Part shown: in pieces, positions 13,157 through 27,173 of the stretch
Layout of the letters: each line of letters starts with the position of its first letter
Numbering within the stretch: the stretch's first letter is position 1
Origin: Octopus vulgaris
Taxonomy: Eukaryota
Assembly (NCBI GenBank): GCA_951406725.2
Contig: OX597817.1
Span: 30,504,001 to 30,568,000 of the forward strand
Reading direction: 5' to 3'
Length of the DNA: 64,000 bases
Notes under the pieces: generated by a model
Seen by the model: only the letters and a program-made list of their open reading frames with translations
What the model was told of the DNA's origin: nothing
Databases searched by the model: none
Translations under genes and position numbers: made by a program

Positions 13157-13554
13157 CTAGCAGTATCGCCCGGCGTTGCTCGGGTTTGTAAGGGAAATAA
13201 CTATATAAGCATTTTTAGAGAGTTATAGCCAAAAAATAGCAAAAAAAGGCATTAAATATGGGAAAAAAATTATGGTAAATTTTTTTTTAAATCGTTGACT
13301 CATCGTAGACATTTTTAGAGAGTTACTTCCCTTATTTAATAGCGAAAAAATGCATTAAAATGGAAAAAAATTATGGTAATTTTTTTTTTAATCGTAGACT
13401 CATCGTAGACGCGCGCTAATACCCCAGAAGGGCTTGATATGAATCACGACTATAAGATACCCGGTTTTGGTTAAACTGCACCGCAAAATGTGGGAGTAGT
13501 TAGGAATCTAAATCGTAGGAGACAGACACATAACCCCACTTTTATATATAAAGA
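13157..13554 (-). mobile_element. Non-autonomous Helitron
   Basis: Minus strand: A|TCTTTATATATAAAA start, cccgagcaacgccggg hairpin, CTAG|T end, no TSD; internal ~110-bp direct repeat. Confidence 0.9.
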
Positions 13555-16017
13555 TATGTTTATATCTATTGTATTTAATTGAGATTATATAAATAGTATC
13601 AGCGGAACAAAAAGTTACTGTTCGCTGAAAGTGGGTTGTAATAGTAGTTAAAGGTTGGATAAGGAACATTTCAGATCCAGTGGCTAGGACAAGTCTAAGA
13701 AAGCTGGGCCTCAAAGATACCATGATATATAATGAAAAGCTATTGAAATATTCCGTACTGCTGATACCATAGGGAAACAGGTGTTAAAATGATGAAAATG
13801 ATGATGATCGTTTACCTACACATATGTATATTGTGGCAAACTATCTTGTTTACACACACACACACACATACACACACACATTTGTATATATATATACATG
13901 TAAAACCCAATATGGCATTATATATATATATATGCACCTACACAAATGGATACACATAATCATATATTAACACCTTCTCACACACATCATATGAGTGCGC
14001 ACATATATGTATATATAATTTGAATTTTCTTAATTAACTATTGATAACTTTAATTAAAATTATACAAGAGGACAATCTTGTTGATTTATATTGTCTTATT
14101 TTTCAATGAAACATACATAGCATTGAAGGAATAATCTAATTAAACTAGTTTTCTTCTCTCTATTTTAACATGTTACAAATTTCAAAGTAGTTTTGATCAT
14201 GTTTTCATTTTGTGAAATGTCTTAGGTTATTTTATCGTTGTTGTTCTTCTTTCAATGCCATCATTGTTGTTGCTACTGTTGCTTTAGTTTTTGGTTGTTG
14301 TTTTTTCTTTTTTCATTCTTCCACAAATTATATTTTATTAATTTTTTTTTTTTTTGGCATATCTTTTTTTTTTTAATTTTCTATCATGTATTTTTTTTTT
14401 GTTTTTTTTTTTGTTCCACCAGTCGTGTTAGTTATTTATTTGTTGCTTTTGTATATATCAATAAGCCAGCAACTCATTTTCTGTTAACAAAGATTGATCA
14501 TTTCACGTTTATAATGATGATGATGATGATGATGATGATGACAGCAATGATGCTGGAAAAGTCGATGATGATCACTTAAATTAAGAATCAGAAGAATTAT
14601 GATGATTATATGGTGGAGGTGGCAGAAGGGAGGAGAAAAAGAAGGAGGCGTATGAAGATGAGTAGAGGGAGGAATACGATGGTAATAATGACTCCAACAT
14701 CAGTGATGATACAGAGATACTGACAGTAATAAAAATAATAGTATTGAGAACTGATTTCATCTCAACTTGTGGCTTACTAATAATATTTAACATGTTTTTT
14801 ACTATATGAATGCTGATGATACCATGTAACCCAATGTGTCTAATGTTATTCCTATCAATTTGTCATGAGGGAAGAGCAGGGTCCATTAGCCTTTATAGAG
14901 TCTCCTAAACCAGTGGGGAAAAAGGAGAGAAAGTATCCTCAAATGAGGGACCAGACCTAAATTCTTGTACCAGAGTGGAATTCAGTAAAATCTCCCAGGG
15001 ACCAGATGATAGTGCTATATCAGGCAATGTTTGGTCAGAGAGTTAGCAATTGACTTTGCCCCATCCAGAATGAGAAATGTGTGGACGCTCAGAAGACGAA
15101 TCACAAGTAAAATCAGACCAAGAATGGAAGAGGTTCATACAGATAAGCTAACAGCCAACTACAATTTCAAGAAGAGACTAATACTACCAGGTTACCTACT
15201 TTATCTACTCTTTGAAACATGCCTTGCTGGGTATCTACAATGTAAAGAGGCTGTAGTTTATGGATAGTTTAAGAGTGTTAAAAATAGCAATGCATTAAAA
15301 GTTAAAATGCAAGGAATACTGGGGTTTTTTTTGAAAGCTTCATTATGATCATTAATAATTATCTCCCTCAGCATGTCAGCTAGATCCGTCAAAACCTCTT
15401 ATTGATCATATTATTGAAATCTATTAAGATGTCCAAATAGTTTCATGCTATCCAGGTTCTAAAAAAGCCAGGATCATGTTTTAATATGTTCTGGTAAAAG
15501 TCTCATTCTGTTTCTAAGTTTTATTTCCCAATTTCTCAGCCTTAATAAAGTCATCTTATATCAAAATACAGTAGGTTACCTGCTAACTGTTGTTGCATTC
15601 CCATTTTTTAGTCCTGACTAAGCAGTCCTACAATTCAAAAGCATTCCAACTGTGGCCATTCCATATTTTTGTATATCATATATATATATATTAAGATAAA
15701 ACTTACTTAGAAATGGATGCGTGCGTTCCGTCATATAATAACAAATTAATAAATAAAACATATGCATATATACATACATATATGTATGTACCTACATCTA
15801 TATGAATATATACATGCATATATGGGTACAGGACACAAAAAAAACGTCGAACACAATGAGAAATGAAAACATAAACACAAAACCAAGGAAATGGACATTT
15901 ATTGTTCAAAGATGTTTCATATTCTATAAATATTTAGTAAAGCTCACGCTAGTGGTAAACAATTAATTGGTCTGTAGCTGCCCACGTCATTGTCGTGATG
16001 CTGGTTGAGATGGTGAA

Positions 16018-16040
16018 GTAGTAGTAGTAGTAGTAGTAGT

Positions 16041-16109
<69 letters not shown>

Positions 16110-16136
16110 GGTGGTGGTGGTAGTAGTAGTAGTAGT
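16018..16136. repeat. Compound (TAG)n/(CAG)n/(TGG)n microsatellite
   Basis: Direct inspection. Confidence 0.95.
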
Positions 16137-16635
16137 GACATTTATTACTTGAGAGATGATCGTTACCATTTTCAACATCATCAAATTCATAACTTTGTAA
16201 CGGTTTTTAAAAATACTTTTTCAGATATCATGTAGGATATGTTAAGAAGAAATTTATGAGTCTTGTATATCATTTCTTAGTAATGAACTTGTCACAGTCG
16301 AAGAAGAACTATTGGCTGACACACAAAATTGTTCAATCTGATAATAGCTTTTTAATTAGCTGAGAACCAAATATAGTAACAATTTAAAACAATATGACTG
16401 GTTTTGATTTAATATAACATATGAATTGTTATTTTGTTTACACATTCGTTTTTAGCTGTTAGCTGTTTCAAATGTCCAGTTATGGGTAAGATTATGGCAG
16501 TAAAGAAAATTATCAAAAATTATGCTTAATGCAAACACTCACCTTGTTTTTTATTACAAGAAAAAATATCGAATAATATGATTCATGAGTTCAGATCCTA
16601 CTCTAGGTATTTCCTTCTGCCTTTGGTACAGGTAA

Positions 16636-16981
16636 TCTATATATATAAAACTGAAGTTGTCTGTGTCTGCGGCACAAGTTGACCAAAATTGAGAGTATGG
16701 TAGAAGAAGGCTTGCTCTTCATTCTGTAGAAGATAAAATTCAAATCGGACCATGTTAACACCAAAAATTATTTACATCAAAAAGGTGCCTTTTTTTCTAT
16801 GAATATCCCGATTTTTTACGATTTTTTTAAATGCTGTGTCGCCATTTTTCGGTGTATTTCAACCAGAAAAATGTTCACTTAGAGAGAATAACAAGCTACA
16901 TAATGCAAAATTTTTACTTTTCAAAATTTCCAATTCTAAAGGGTCAAAACAAACCTGAGCAATGCCGGGCAATACTGCTAG
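16636..16981 (+). mobile_element. Non-autonomous Helitron
   Basis: A|TCTATATATATAAAA start; cctgagcaatgccgggcaatactgCTAG|T end. Confidence 0.9.
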
Positions 16982-17368
16982 TTAATTTATAAAGTTATTG
17001 TCTGAGGAAACATTTTTCTCTCTATAATCTACACGTTTAACACCCTAAGCAACATCTATCTACAATTTTCAATATTTGCAAATGAATGTAAAATAGGTGT
17101 AAATTATAAGCTAAATATATATATTTTGTATCCCACAACCTCAAATGACACTACCACACTTCTCAACCCAGTGGAATGAAATCTCTTACCAATATACCTT
17201 AATCATGGGCCACACACACTCAGTGTCTTTTCTACCAATGTTCAATAGCTTCTGTTCCTTAAAGACATCTGCTCTCAAGCCACCTGACTTGTCTGTCTCC
17301 ACTCAGCCATTTCATACCTGCCCTTCAAGGTCCTCTGTTGCAGGCTTTCATCCTAGAATGAGAGCGCT

Positions 17369-17628
17369 CTCTTTTACTCTCTTTTACTTGTTTCAGTCAT
17401 TTGACTGTGGTCATGCTGGAGCACCACCTTTAGCCGAATAAAATCGACTCCAGGACTTATGCTTTGTAAGCCTAGTACTTATTCTATCGATCGCTTTTTG
17501 CTGAACCGCTATGTGACAGGGATATAGACACACTAGCATCGGTTGTCAAGCAATGGTGGGGGAGGGGACAATAACAAACACAAACATATATATATAGATA
17601 TATATACAACACAGCCACTCCTGTGCCT
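17369..17628 (-). mobile_element. SINE family A, internally deleted
   Basis: Tail and head match the reverse complement of 7242-7646. Confidence 0.85.
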
Positions 17629-18145
17629 ATCTAGAATTTCTTCCTTGCTCATATTTTTCTTTTTAAATTATTCTGCAGCTGTTCATGAAGAACTTCAATA
17701 CCACTGCTCTAGTAGGACCTGTAAAAATTGTAGGCATAGATTTTTACTCCTTGCTTAAGTCTAAACTATTTTAACAAAAATAATCCGAGACCAGTTTTAA
17801 ATTAAAGTCTCTCAGTGAATTATTACTACCATCAACAAAGATTTGAACATGACATAATCTCATTTTGTTGCTCTTTTTATATTTAAATATTCAATATCAA
17901 ATTTTTCAGTAATCATTGCAGAGAAATCACAATGTGACCAATTGGATACAGATGACTTTTTATAGATTTTGAATCAAATTGCCTATATCAGATGTTTTTG
18001 AAGTAGATGATTTGAAATGTGCATATACAGCTGTCTGATGGCTTACACAGTTGATTAGATTCACAAGTCACCACGTGAATGAAGAGAGAATAAAATGGAG
18101 AAGATGTGTTTTAATAATATTAGAAATAAAAGTAAAACAAAATTT

Positions 18146-19224
18146 AAGCTTTTGACGAAATAGAGGGGTATATAGCATGAAATGATGTGGAAGAAAACTG
18201 GAGATTTCTATGGGACAACCTGTTGAGGGCTACTGGCCAGATCTGTGGATGGTGCAAAGTCCCCTCTCGACCCAAGGTAACGTGGTGGTGGAACAATGTA
18301 GTTGACAGGGCCATTAGGGAAAAGAAACAGGCATGGAAGGACTGGAAGAACTGTGGTAGCAGGGAATTGTATCAGACTGCCAGAAGGGAAGCTAGGAGAC
18401 AAGTTTATTTAGCCAGAGGGGAAGCAGATAAGTAATTGGATGTGTAATGTCAGTGTGCATACACGACAGAGTGTAAGCACCCTGAGAGAAAAGTTGGGCT
18501 TAAGAAGCATTAGATGTAGTGTGCAAGAGAGACGACTGCACTGATATGGTCATGTGTTTCAAATAGATGAGGACAGCTGTGTGAAAAAGCATCACACCCT
18601 AACAGCTGAGGGAACCTGTGGGAGAGATGGACTCAGGAAGACATGGGATGAGTTGGTGAAGCACAACCTTTGCACAGAGACAATGACAAGTGACCAAGAC
18701 CTTTGGAGATATGTTGTGCTTGAGAAGATCTGGCAAGCCAAGTGAGACCATAACTGTGGCCTATGCCAGGGCAGCATAATCATCCCATTTAAGAGTACCC
18801 TTCAATTATTAGGTAATAAACTGTGCTTGTGAAGACCTGTTGAGGTAACTGAAATTATTGTCGTAGCCAATGACAGTACTGCCTGATTGGCACCCATGCC
18901 AGTGACATGTAAAAAGCATCTTTCAAGCGTGATCATTGCCAGTGTCGCCTGACCGGTTCCTTTACCAGTAGCACGTAAAAAGCACCCTTTGAGCATGGTC
19001 GATACCAGTACCACCTGACTGGCTCTCATGCCGGTGGCACATAAAAAAAGCATCCACTACACTCTCGGAGTGGTTGCCGTTAAGAAGGGCATCCAGCTGT
19101 AGAAACCCCACAAGATCAGATTGGTGCCTGGTGCAGCCTTTTGGCTTGCCAGCCCTCAGTCAAACCATCCAACCCATGCCAGCATGGAAAGCAGACGTTA
19201 AACGACGATGATGCTGATGATGAT
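18146..19224 (+). mobile_element. RTE-clade LINE remnant (ORF2 fragments, repetitive 3' UTR, (GAT)n tail)
   Basis: KVTWWWNNVVDRAIREKKQAWKDWK, then a C-terminal block (RLH.YGHV...GTCGRDGLRKTWDELV), then GTGCCnnnGGCAC units and aacccatgccagcatggaaagcagacgttaaacgatgatg. Confidence 0.85.
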
Positions 19225-19284
19225 TTAATGAAATGAAGGCAATAAATAAGATTACAATATGCATGTATATATATGTTTGTATGA

Positions 19285-19540
19285 ATGAGGGATTATCTTT
19301 TATCCAAAATAATAGCACTGTTACCCTTGTTTCCATAATGTTACCATGTGCGTATGGTCTATGTCTTAAAATTATGGAAGCTCCAGCTAATATATAGGCT
19401 CTATGTTTTTCTGTGTTCCTCTTAATTGTCCTAACTGATGATCCATCTATATCACACTGCTTTGCAGTTTTTGTTGAACGTTTACCATTTTCAGGTTGAT
19501 TTAATACATTAATTTTCAGAGATGTTGACTTTCTTGACAT
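19285..19540 (-). pseudogene. Tigger/pogo (CENP-B-type HTH) transposase N-terminal fragment
   Basis: MSRKSTSLKINVLNQPENGKRSTKTAKQCDIDGSSVRTIKRN...LLFWIKD resembles HTH_psq/CENP-B N-termini; possible TIR cagttgtcccttg at 20158-20170. Confidence 0.65.
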
Positions 19541-19699
19541 TAGAAAATCTTCATTCTCATAAATATTTTAACAAAATATAAAATAATTACAACTGTTGCA
19601 TTAGTTTAGAGTGTGGTCCACATCACTACCACATAAGTGAAAAGAAGGAATGTGAAAGGAAAATGTAAACCAAAATGGAAATGATAAATTTCTAAATTA

Positions 19700-20080
19700 C
19701 TAACAATAACTCTGAGCACCTTTCCAAACTCCACCTGTCTAACACCCGTGGATATGTTTACAAAGTCAAAAAACAGCACAGCTCCTATGACTTTCGAAAC
19801 ATTTTTTCACGCTAAGAGTTGCTGAAGCATGGAACAAACTGCCAGCATCAGTTGTTAGTTGTTGGAGCACTGCATTCTTCAAAACTTCCATGCTTCCTGA
19901 GATTCGCCAACACTACACCTGATTTTCTCCCCTCCATACACACGCAAGCATGTATCTGACTCATACACCGCTCACTTCCCAGACATTTGTACATTACTGC
20001 ATATGCTTTATATGCACTTTTCACAAGTTCTGGTGCACCTTAGCACTGTATACAATAATTTCATTATTATATTATTATTA
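19700..20080 (+). mobile_element. CR1/L2-group LINE 3' end with (TTA)n tail
   Basis: NTRGYVYKVKKQHSSYDFRKHFFTLRVAEAWNKLPASVV matches the TRGH...FFSxRVVxxWNxLP motif. Confidence 0.85.
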
Positions 20081-20810
20081 TATTAAAGTATTGTTTCTGT
20101 ATACATAAAGTTAAAGAAAAAAAACTGACCAAAACCAAACAATGCTACGGTGAAAATCAAGGGACAACTGTTTGTTGTATTCAAGTCAGGCATTTAATGG
20201 TAGGGATTTCTATTCACCAAATGTTAGTGATATGAACCAGCATCATAACCAGGTTATAAGATATCATCTTTCATCTTTCGTCATGAAATGGCAGCTAAGC
20301 TTCAGCACTTTAAATTTGTAGATATTACGAAATATTTGCATTGTTTTATATTGATTATATAAAGTGACGATGCGGAAAATTAAAATCAATGTAGCATTTA
20401 ACTCTAGAGGATATCAGCTTCACCTAATTCAGGTGACAAATTTATAGAGAAAAACATTCAGTGATCCTTTCTAACAAACAATGTACTTTCTTCCTGGCAT
20501 GGTTTTCTTCTCAAACAACTCCCCAACACATTTTAGTTTTACATACACATGCAGACACACACTCTGAAGTACACATATGCACAGTTATACATTCATACAC
20601 ATGTGCGTATGTGTGTATGTGTGTGTGTGTGTGTACAAGTGTGTATATAGGGAGTAGGAGAGAGATTTATGTATACAATCATATAAATATATATATTTCT
20701 ATATATATATATATATGTATATATTTATACATATATATAGAGAGAGAGTGTTGTGTGTGTGTATGCAGTGTATGCATGCAGCCATATATATATGTACATA
20801 TGTGTATATG

Positions 20811-20873
<63 letters not shown>

Positions 20874-21754
20874 TTATATCTGTTTACTCATCTAATGGCA
20901 GATAGTCACTAGATTGTAACTATATAAATATTTAGTTATTATCTATTGTCAACCACCCCTCCAGCACACTATTCCTAAATAAACAGGGTGAGTATGGCTG
21001 GAATCCCTTTCATAAAAGAATTGCCTACTCAATCAGGGTTAACTTGGAGGTGAACAATCACAAAACAATCCCTATTATTTGAGAGGAAGCCAGAGTAAGT
21101 AAGGAAAAGTTTATGTAATTTCTCAATCTACTCAAAATAATGGCTAAACCTCCTTTAATAAACTCTGTAATATTTTTGTATCTTACATTGGCTTATCTTA
21201 GATGCTTGACCTTGGGTTAATCCTATTTACTAAAGTGGTTTCATTAATAACAAGGACTTGGTGAAATAGAGCTGAGATTCTAGCTTTCAATGTTGTCTTT
21301 TTACATCACCTCATCTTCTACCTCTACATCCACCTCTCCTCCTTTCTCAAAGTTGCTATCATCACAATTTACATCCTCATTATTATTGTCATTATCTTCA
21401 TCAACAAGGATCTGTAAGAGAAGCACATCAATGAAAATAAAATAAATGCTTGATGCAAATATTATGCATATCTGATATGATGGAAAACATTCAAAATTAA
21501 TCTTAATTAATCTAATCATCCAAAATAAGAAAATGAATATGGATAGATCTTGTAATAATAATGAAGGGTTTCTGCTACAAATACCCAGCTGTGAAAATTC
21601 TTCATTCAAATTATCATGGAACTATCTCAAATCACAAATGTGTACATGTGTTTTTAACATGTAATGGAAACAAGAATAAAAGATGAGAGAATAGATATAT
21701 ATATATATCCACACACATATATATATATCATCTTCATCATCATGATATATATGT

Positions 21755-21868
<114 letters not shown>

Positions 21869-22077
21869 TGTGAAATAGAAAGATGAATAATCTTGTAGTA
21901 GATTAATCAAAAGATTAACCGATACCTTAGTAGCAAAAATCACAGCAGTAAAACAGCACGGTTGGAGGTACAACCATATGGTGTTGCAACCGTGCGTTGG
22001 TGCGGATAATTGAAATTAGAACATTATTGGTGAATTGAAGAAATGGAGCTGAACGCAGATTGAACAGAAATCGTTTT

Positions 22078-22169
22078 ATTTCATTCTACACGTGTTTCGA
22101 AAGGCACAAATTACCAAAATCCGATGGAATAATGGGACCATATTGTGTCTTTCTCTTCAGGAAGAAAAT
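22078..22169 (-). ncRNA. Type I hammerhead ribozyme (mirror copy)
   Basis: Exact reverse complement of 22551-22642. Confidence 0.8.
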
Positions 22170-22550
22170 AGGAAATCCGTTGGAAAAACAAAAACAGAAC
22201 AGAGGCGGAGCAAAAACAAATCGAACTATGCTCCTAAGAGCCCATGGCGAAACTGTTTATCAGTGTATGTTGAGAACCGGTGGCTGAAGAATTCAACGGG
22301 TCAGGCATCGGTCAATCATGTGGGTGAGGGGGCGTAGATGTTCTTTGTGACCGAGAATAAAGTTCTCGGTCACAAAGAACATCTACGCCCCCTCACCCAC
22401 ATGATTGACCGATGCCTGACCCGTTGAATTCTTCAGCCACCGGTTCTCAACATACACTGATAAACAGTTTCGCCATGGGCTCTTAGGAGCATAGTTCGAT
22501 TTGTTTTTGCTCCGCCTCTGTTCTGTTTTTGTTTTTCCAACGGATTTCCT

Positions 22551-22642
22551 ATTTTCTTCCTGAAGAGAAAGACACAATATGGTCCCATTATTCCATCGGA
22601 TTTTGGTAATTTGTGCCTTTCGAAACACGTGTAGAATGAAAT
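22551..22642 (+). ncRNA. Type I hammerhead ribozyme
   Basis: attttcttc-CTGAAGA-Gaaagacacaa...ttgtgcctttC-GAAA-CACGTG-TA-gaatgaaat. Full core, G10.1-C11.1, long stem II, palindromic stem III ACACGTGT, GUA cleavage after 22633; stem I has 8 of 9 positions paired. Confidence 0.82.
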
Positions 22643-23361
22643 AAAACGATTTCTGTTCAATCTGCGTTCAGCTCCATTTCTTCAATTCACCAATAATGTT
22701 ATATATATATATATATATATATACATATATATATACATACATATGTGTATGTATGTATGTGTGTGTATGTGTGCATGTGTGTGTATACTAGCTCAGGTAT
22801 CTTTAGTCATACAGATAAGTTACATGCAAATCAAAAAGTGAAGGGAAAATCTATTATTTAATATTTGCAGGTTTTCTTACAAATTGCAAGATGTTTCATC
22901 TAAAGCAAAAAAAGAAAATAAAGCACAGAAAAGCTGATGATTCTACCTGCAGCTTTGCTGTTTTCTAGGTGAAGCATTTTGCAAATTATAAGTAAAATTT
23001 GAAATACAATTGAATATACATATGCATATATGCACATATGTGCATATACAATTATGCATGTATATATGGTTGCATATGCATGTATGCACAGTAAAAGATG
23101 GGTGACAAAGCAAAAGAATGTAAAAAAAGACTGAATGATAATTTCGAAAAGAATTATTTGCTTAGCACTCAAAGAAATGGAAGTAGTTAATTATGACATT
23201 TCAGAAAATCGGTGTAGAGTGGGAAAAGGAACGAAAGACAAGGGAAAAAATTAAAAGAGCAATCGAGGTGAAAATACCTATGTGATCTTGTGTCTCAATA
23301 CACACCCAAACTGTCACTCACGAATAAAATATGGTCTCTCTCTCTTTCTCACATGAACACA

Positions 23362-23546
<185 letters not shown>

Positions 23547-24033
23547 CACACACACACAGATACACAGCCACATGCATACGCACACATACACACATTCACA
23601 CACACTGACTTTCCATATTTCCTAACAAAAAATTTCTGTCACTGATCTTCAGAGAAAATATATAAGTAGAACATGAAATCCATTTATCGTAAATATGTAG
23701 TAAAAGCAAACCATAAGAATGTGTGTGTGTGTATGTGTGTGTGTGTGTGTGTGTGTGTATGCACATATATGCCCTCGTCTACGAGAACCTGTTTGTGTGC
23801 ATGCGTAAATATGTATGTGTGTGTGGTTTCGTATCCATTTCTTGACAGTAATACTTACCATGTTCTTACACATGTTGATTATCTTTCGGCCTTGGCTTAC
23901 AATTGAGATGCAGGGAATGTGCATGTGTAACCTTTCATCTTTCCCTCTTCTCTCCTTCCCAACCTCACTTCATGCATTATTAGCAATGCTTATTCCTTCT
24001 TATTTCTTATATCACACACCTTTTAAAGCTATC

Positions 24034-24630
<597 letters not shown>

Positions 24631-25124
24631 TAGATGTAAAAGTTAAAGAAACAGGAGTTCCATAATTGGAATTTGAATAACTACTATGATATTTGTTACA
24701 TATGAAACGTTAGGAAAGTCTTTCCATATTTTTATTGTTCCACTTAGAGATTGTATCGGTAAAATATATGTTAGTCAGTCTCTTTCTTTGCCAAAAGTGT
24801 TCACTTTTCCAGGTTGTCTTTTAGACTTTTATTAACATAACCAAGTGTGCCAATGATTATTGGTTTAAATGAAAATTTATGATCAGGGAAGATAAATAGC
24901 AGATTTCAAAGCAGACATTCATAGATATTTTTCTAACTTATTTCAGAACAGTCATTTATATCCGCAAAGCAGCTGACATCTTTGACTATACAAGACTTTT
25001 CTTTCCTACCCTAAATAACTATATCAGGTAGGTTAATTTGCGCTTGGTTTGAAGTGGTTCGACAGAGTGCCAAGCACCCACCTGTGGGGAAGTGCCAACT
25101 AGGAGCCCATACATGTTCAGATTA

Positions 25125-25364
25125 GATGAAGGAAATAGAGATGGATCGGACATACACTGTGGAAAGAAACCTCAAATGTGACATGACAAGCACTTGACTG
25201 GAACCCGCAGGGGAAAAGGAAGCGAGGACGCTCGAAGCAGACATGGAAGCGGAGCATTTTGGACGAGCTCAGGACCATGGGAAGCAGCCAAGAGACACGC
25301 CAATGACCGCAAAAAGTGGAAAACACCTGTTGAGGCCCTATGCTCCACAAGGGGCAAAAAGGAT

Positions 25365-25395
<31 letters not shown>

Positions 25396-25533
25396 AAGAA
25401 GAAGAAGAAGAAGAAGAAGAAGAAGAAGAAGAAGAAGAAGAAGAAGAAGAAGAAGAAGAAGAAGAAGAAGAAGAAGAAGAAGAAGAAGAAGAAGAAGAAG
25501 AAGAAGAAGAAGAAGAAGAAGAAGAAGAAGAAG
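25125..25533 (+). mobile_element. RTE-type LINE 3' end with expanded (AAG)n tail
   Basis: [35 protein letters not shown] motif followed by (AAG)n at 25366-25533. Confidence 0.85.
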
Positions 25534-25631
25534 CTTTGACGGAAATGTTCCACCTGTATTACGTGTTTCCATATGAATATATGCATGTATTCAATAGCAG
25601 AGGCTGAGACATTATTTATATATGTCCCAGG

Positions 25632-25815
25632 GAGAAATTCTTAGCAGTATTTCGTCTGCCACTACATTCTGAGTTCAAATTTCACCAAGATCAACTTTAC
25701 CTTTCTTTCTTTCAAGGTCGATAAATTAAGTACCAGTGAAGCACTGGGGGTGATATAATCGACTAGTCCCCACCCCACAAATTTGAGGCCTTGTGTCTCC
25801 AGTAGAAAGGATTAT
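25632..25815 (+). mobile_element. SINE family C fragment
   Basis: gtatttcgtctgcc...ctgagttcaaattt...gtcgataaattaagtaccag, shared with 44236-44468. Confidence 0.8.
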
Positions 25816-26087
25816 TTACATCTATCCCAGAGAAATCTTTTCTATGGATATCATTGTTTAGTTTTAGCAACAACCTCACGTCACACTGGGAAGTGGTTCC
25901 TTGATGACGTTTTTGTACAGCTACTGATTATGTCTTCACAGAAGAGTGACATAGTTTACATTTGTGATTGCATCTTAGAATTTTAAGGGCTTCGCTATCC
26001 TGCTTGTTTACAATGTGTTTCATAGCTATCTTTTGCTCTTGGATGTGGCATGATGTAGTGGTCTCATGTCCAAGAAAGGTTACATTT

Positions 26088-26496
26088 TATGTATGTATGT
26101 ATGTATGTATGTATGTATGTATGTATGTATGTATGTATGTATGTATGCATGTATGGATGTATGTATGTATGTATGTATGTATGTATGTATGTATGTATGT
26201 ATGCATGTATGTATGTATGTATGCATGTATGTATGTATGTATGCATGCATGTATGTATGTATGTATGTAGTATGTATGTTTGTATGTATGTATGTTTGTA
26301 TGTATGCATGTATATATGTATCTATGTATCTATGTATGTCATTATTCAGTTTATTTCAAGATTTCTTGCCAATAGAGAAAAAACTGGTTTCTAACCTAGA
26401 TCCAAGGCTCCTTCATTGGAATTTCTACATCAACAACAGGATATTTTTGTATGTATGTATGTATGTACATATGTACGTATGTATGTATGTATGTAC

Positions 26497-26527
<31 letters not shown>

Positions 26528-26926
26528 TGTATGTATGTACGTACGTATGTATGTATGTATGTATGTATGTATGTATGTATGAACAGATTTGTATGTTTAT
26601 GTATGCTTTCTCATGCATATAGTTGCGTATCTAGACTTGCTCATATATATTTAAATTATAAACTTCTGGAAAGTTTTACAGATTTTTACAGTTCCGGTGT
26701 TGGATTGGATCTATAGTCTTCAAATTAGCTTTCTTCTTTCTGGTTTTGAGAAGCCTAATTTCTCAAGATATTTAGGCAGTATGTATGTATGTATGTATGT
26801 ATGCATGCATGCATGTATGTATGTATGTATGTATGTATGTATGTATGTATGTATGTATGTATGTATGTATGTATGTATGTATGTATGTATGTATGTATGT
26901 ATGTATGTATGTATGTATGTATGTAT
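26088..26926. repeat. (TATG)n compound microsatellite interrupted by a retroelement end
   Basis: Direct inspection. Confidence 0.95.
26340..26780 (-). mobile_element. 3' end of an RLE-type (R4/Dong-like) non-LTR element inserted in (TACA)n
   Basis: Minus strand LPKYLEKLGFSKPERRKLI*RL*IQSNTGTVKICKTFQKFII* parallels the IQK..LLGT.HILR end of the RLE elements at 53401 and 53974; followed by a UTR ending aataaactgaataatga. Confidence 0.6.
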
Positions 26927-27173
26927 GGTGGCCAATGACTACCTATTCTACTAAAATTACAGATGTAAAGTCTTCCTTTCATGGCCTTCCTTGATGACAA
27001 AAATTTACAAGCAAGACCAAAACTCCACCTGAATATTGAACGTATGTATTTTCCTCATCAACAGCAGCATTATCTTTTCATCCATCCATTTATCAATGCT
27101 TGGAATAGGCTAACAAAGTTTTAGCAAATAAAACTCTTCACCAATTATGGCAATTATCTATCCTCACCTTTGT

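Noticed and set aside
14788-15280. Possible old piggyBac-like remnant bounded by TTAA
   Set aside because: The TIR match and protein motifs are too weak
22243-22300. Possible type II hammerhead on the left-arm plus strand (GAAActg..cagtg...CTGAAGA)
   Set aside because: G at the cleavage position and no stem I or II pairing
22060-22660. Identical ORF pairs on opposite strands
   Set aside because: A consequence of the palindrome; no recognisable protein
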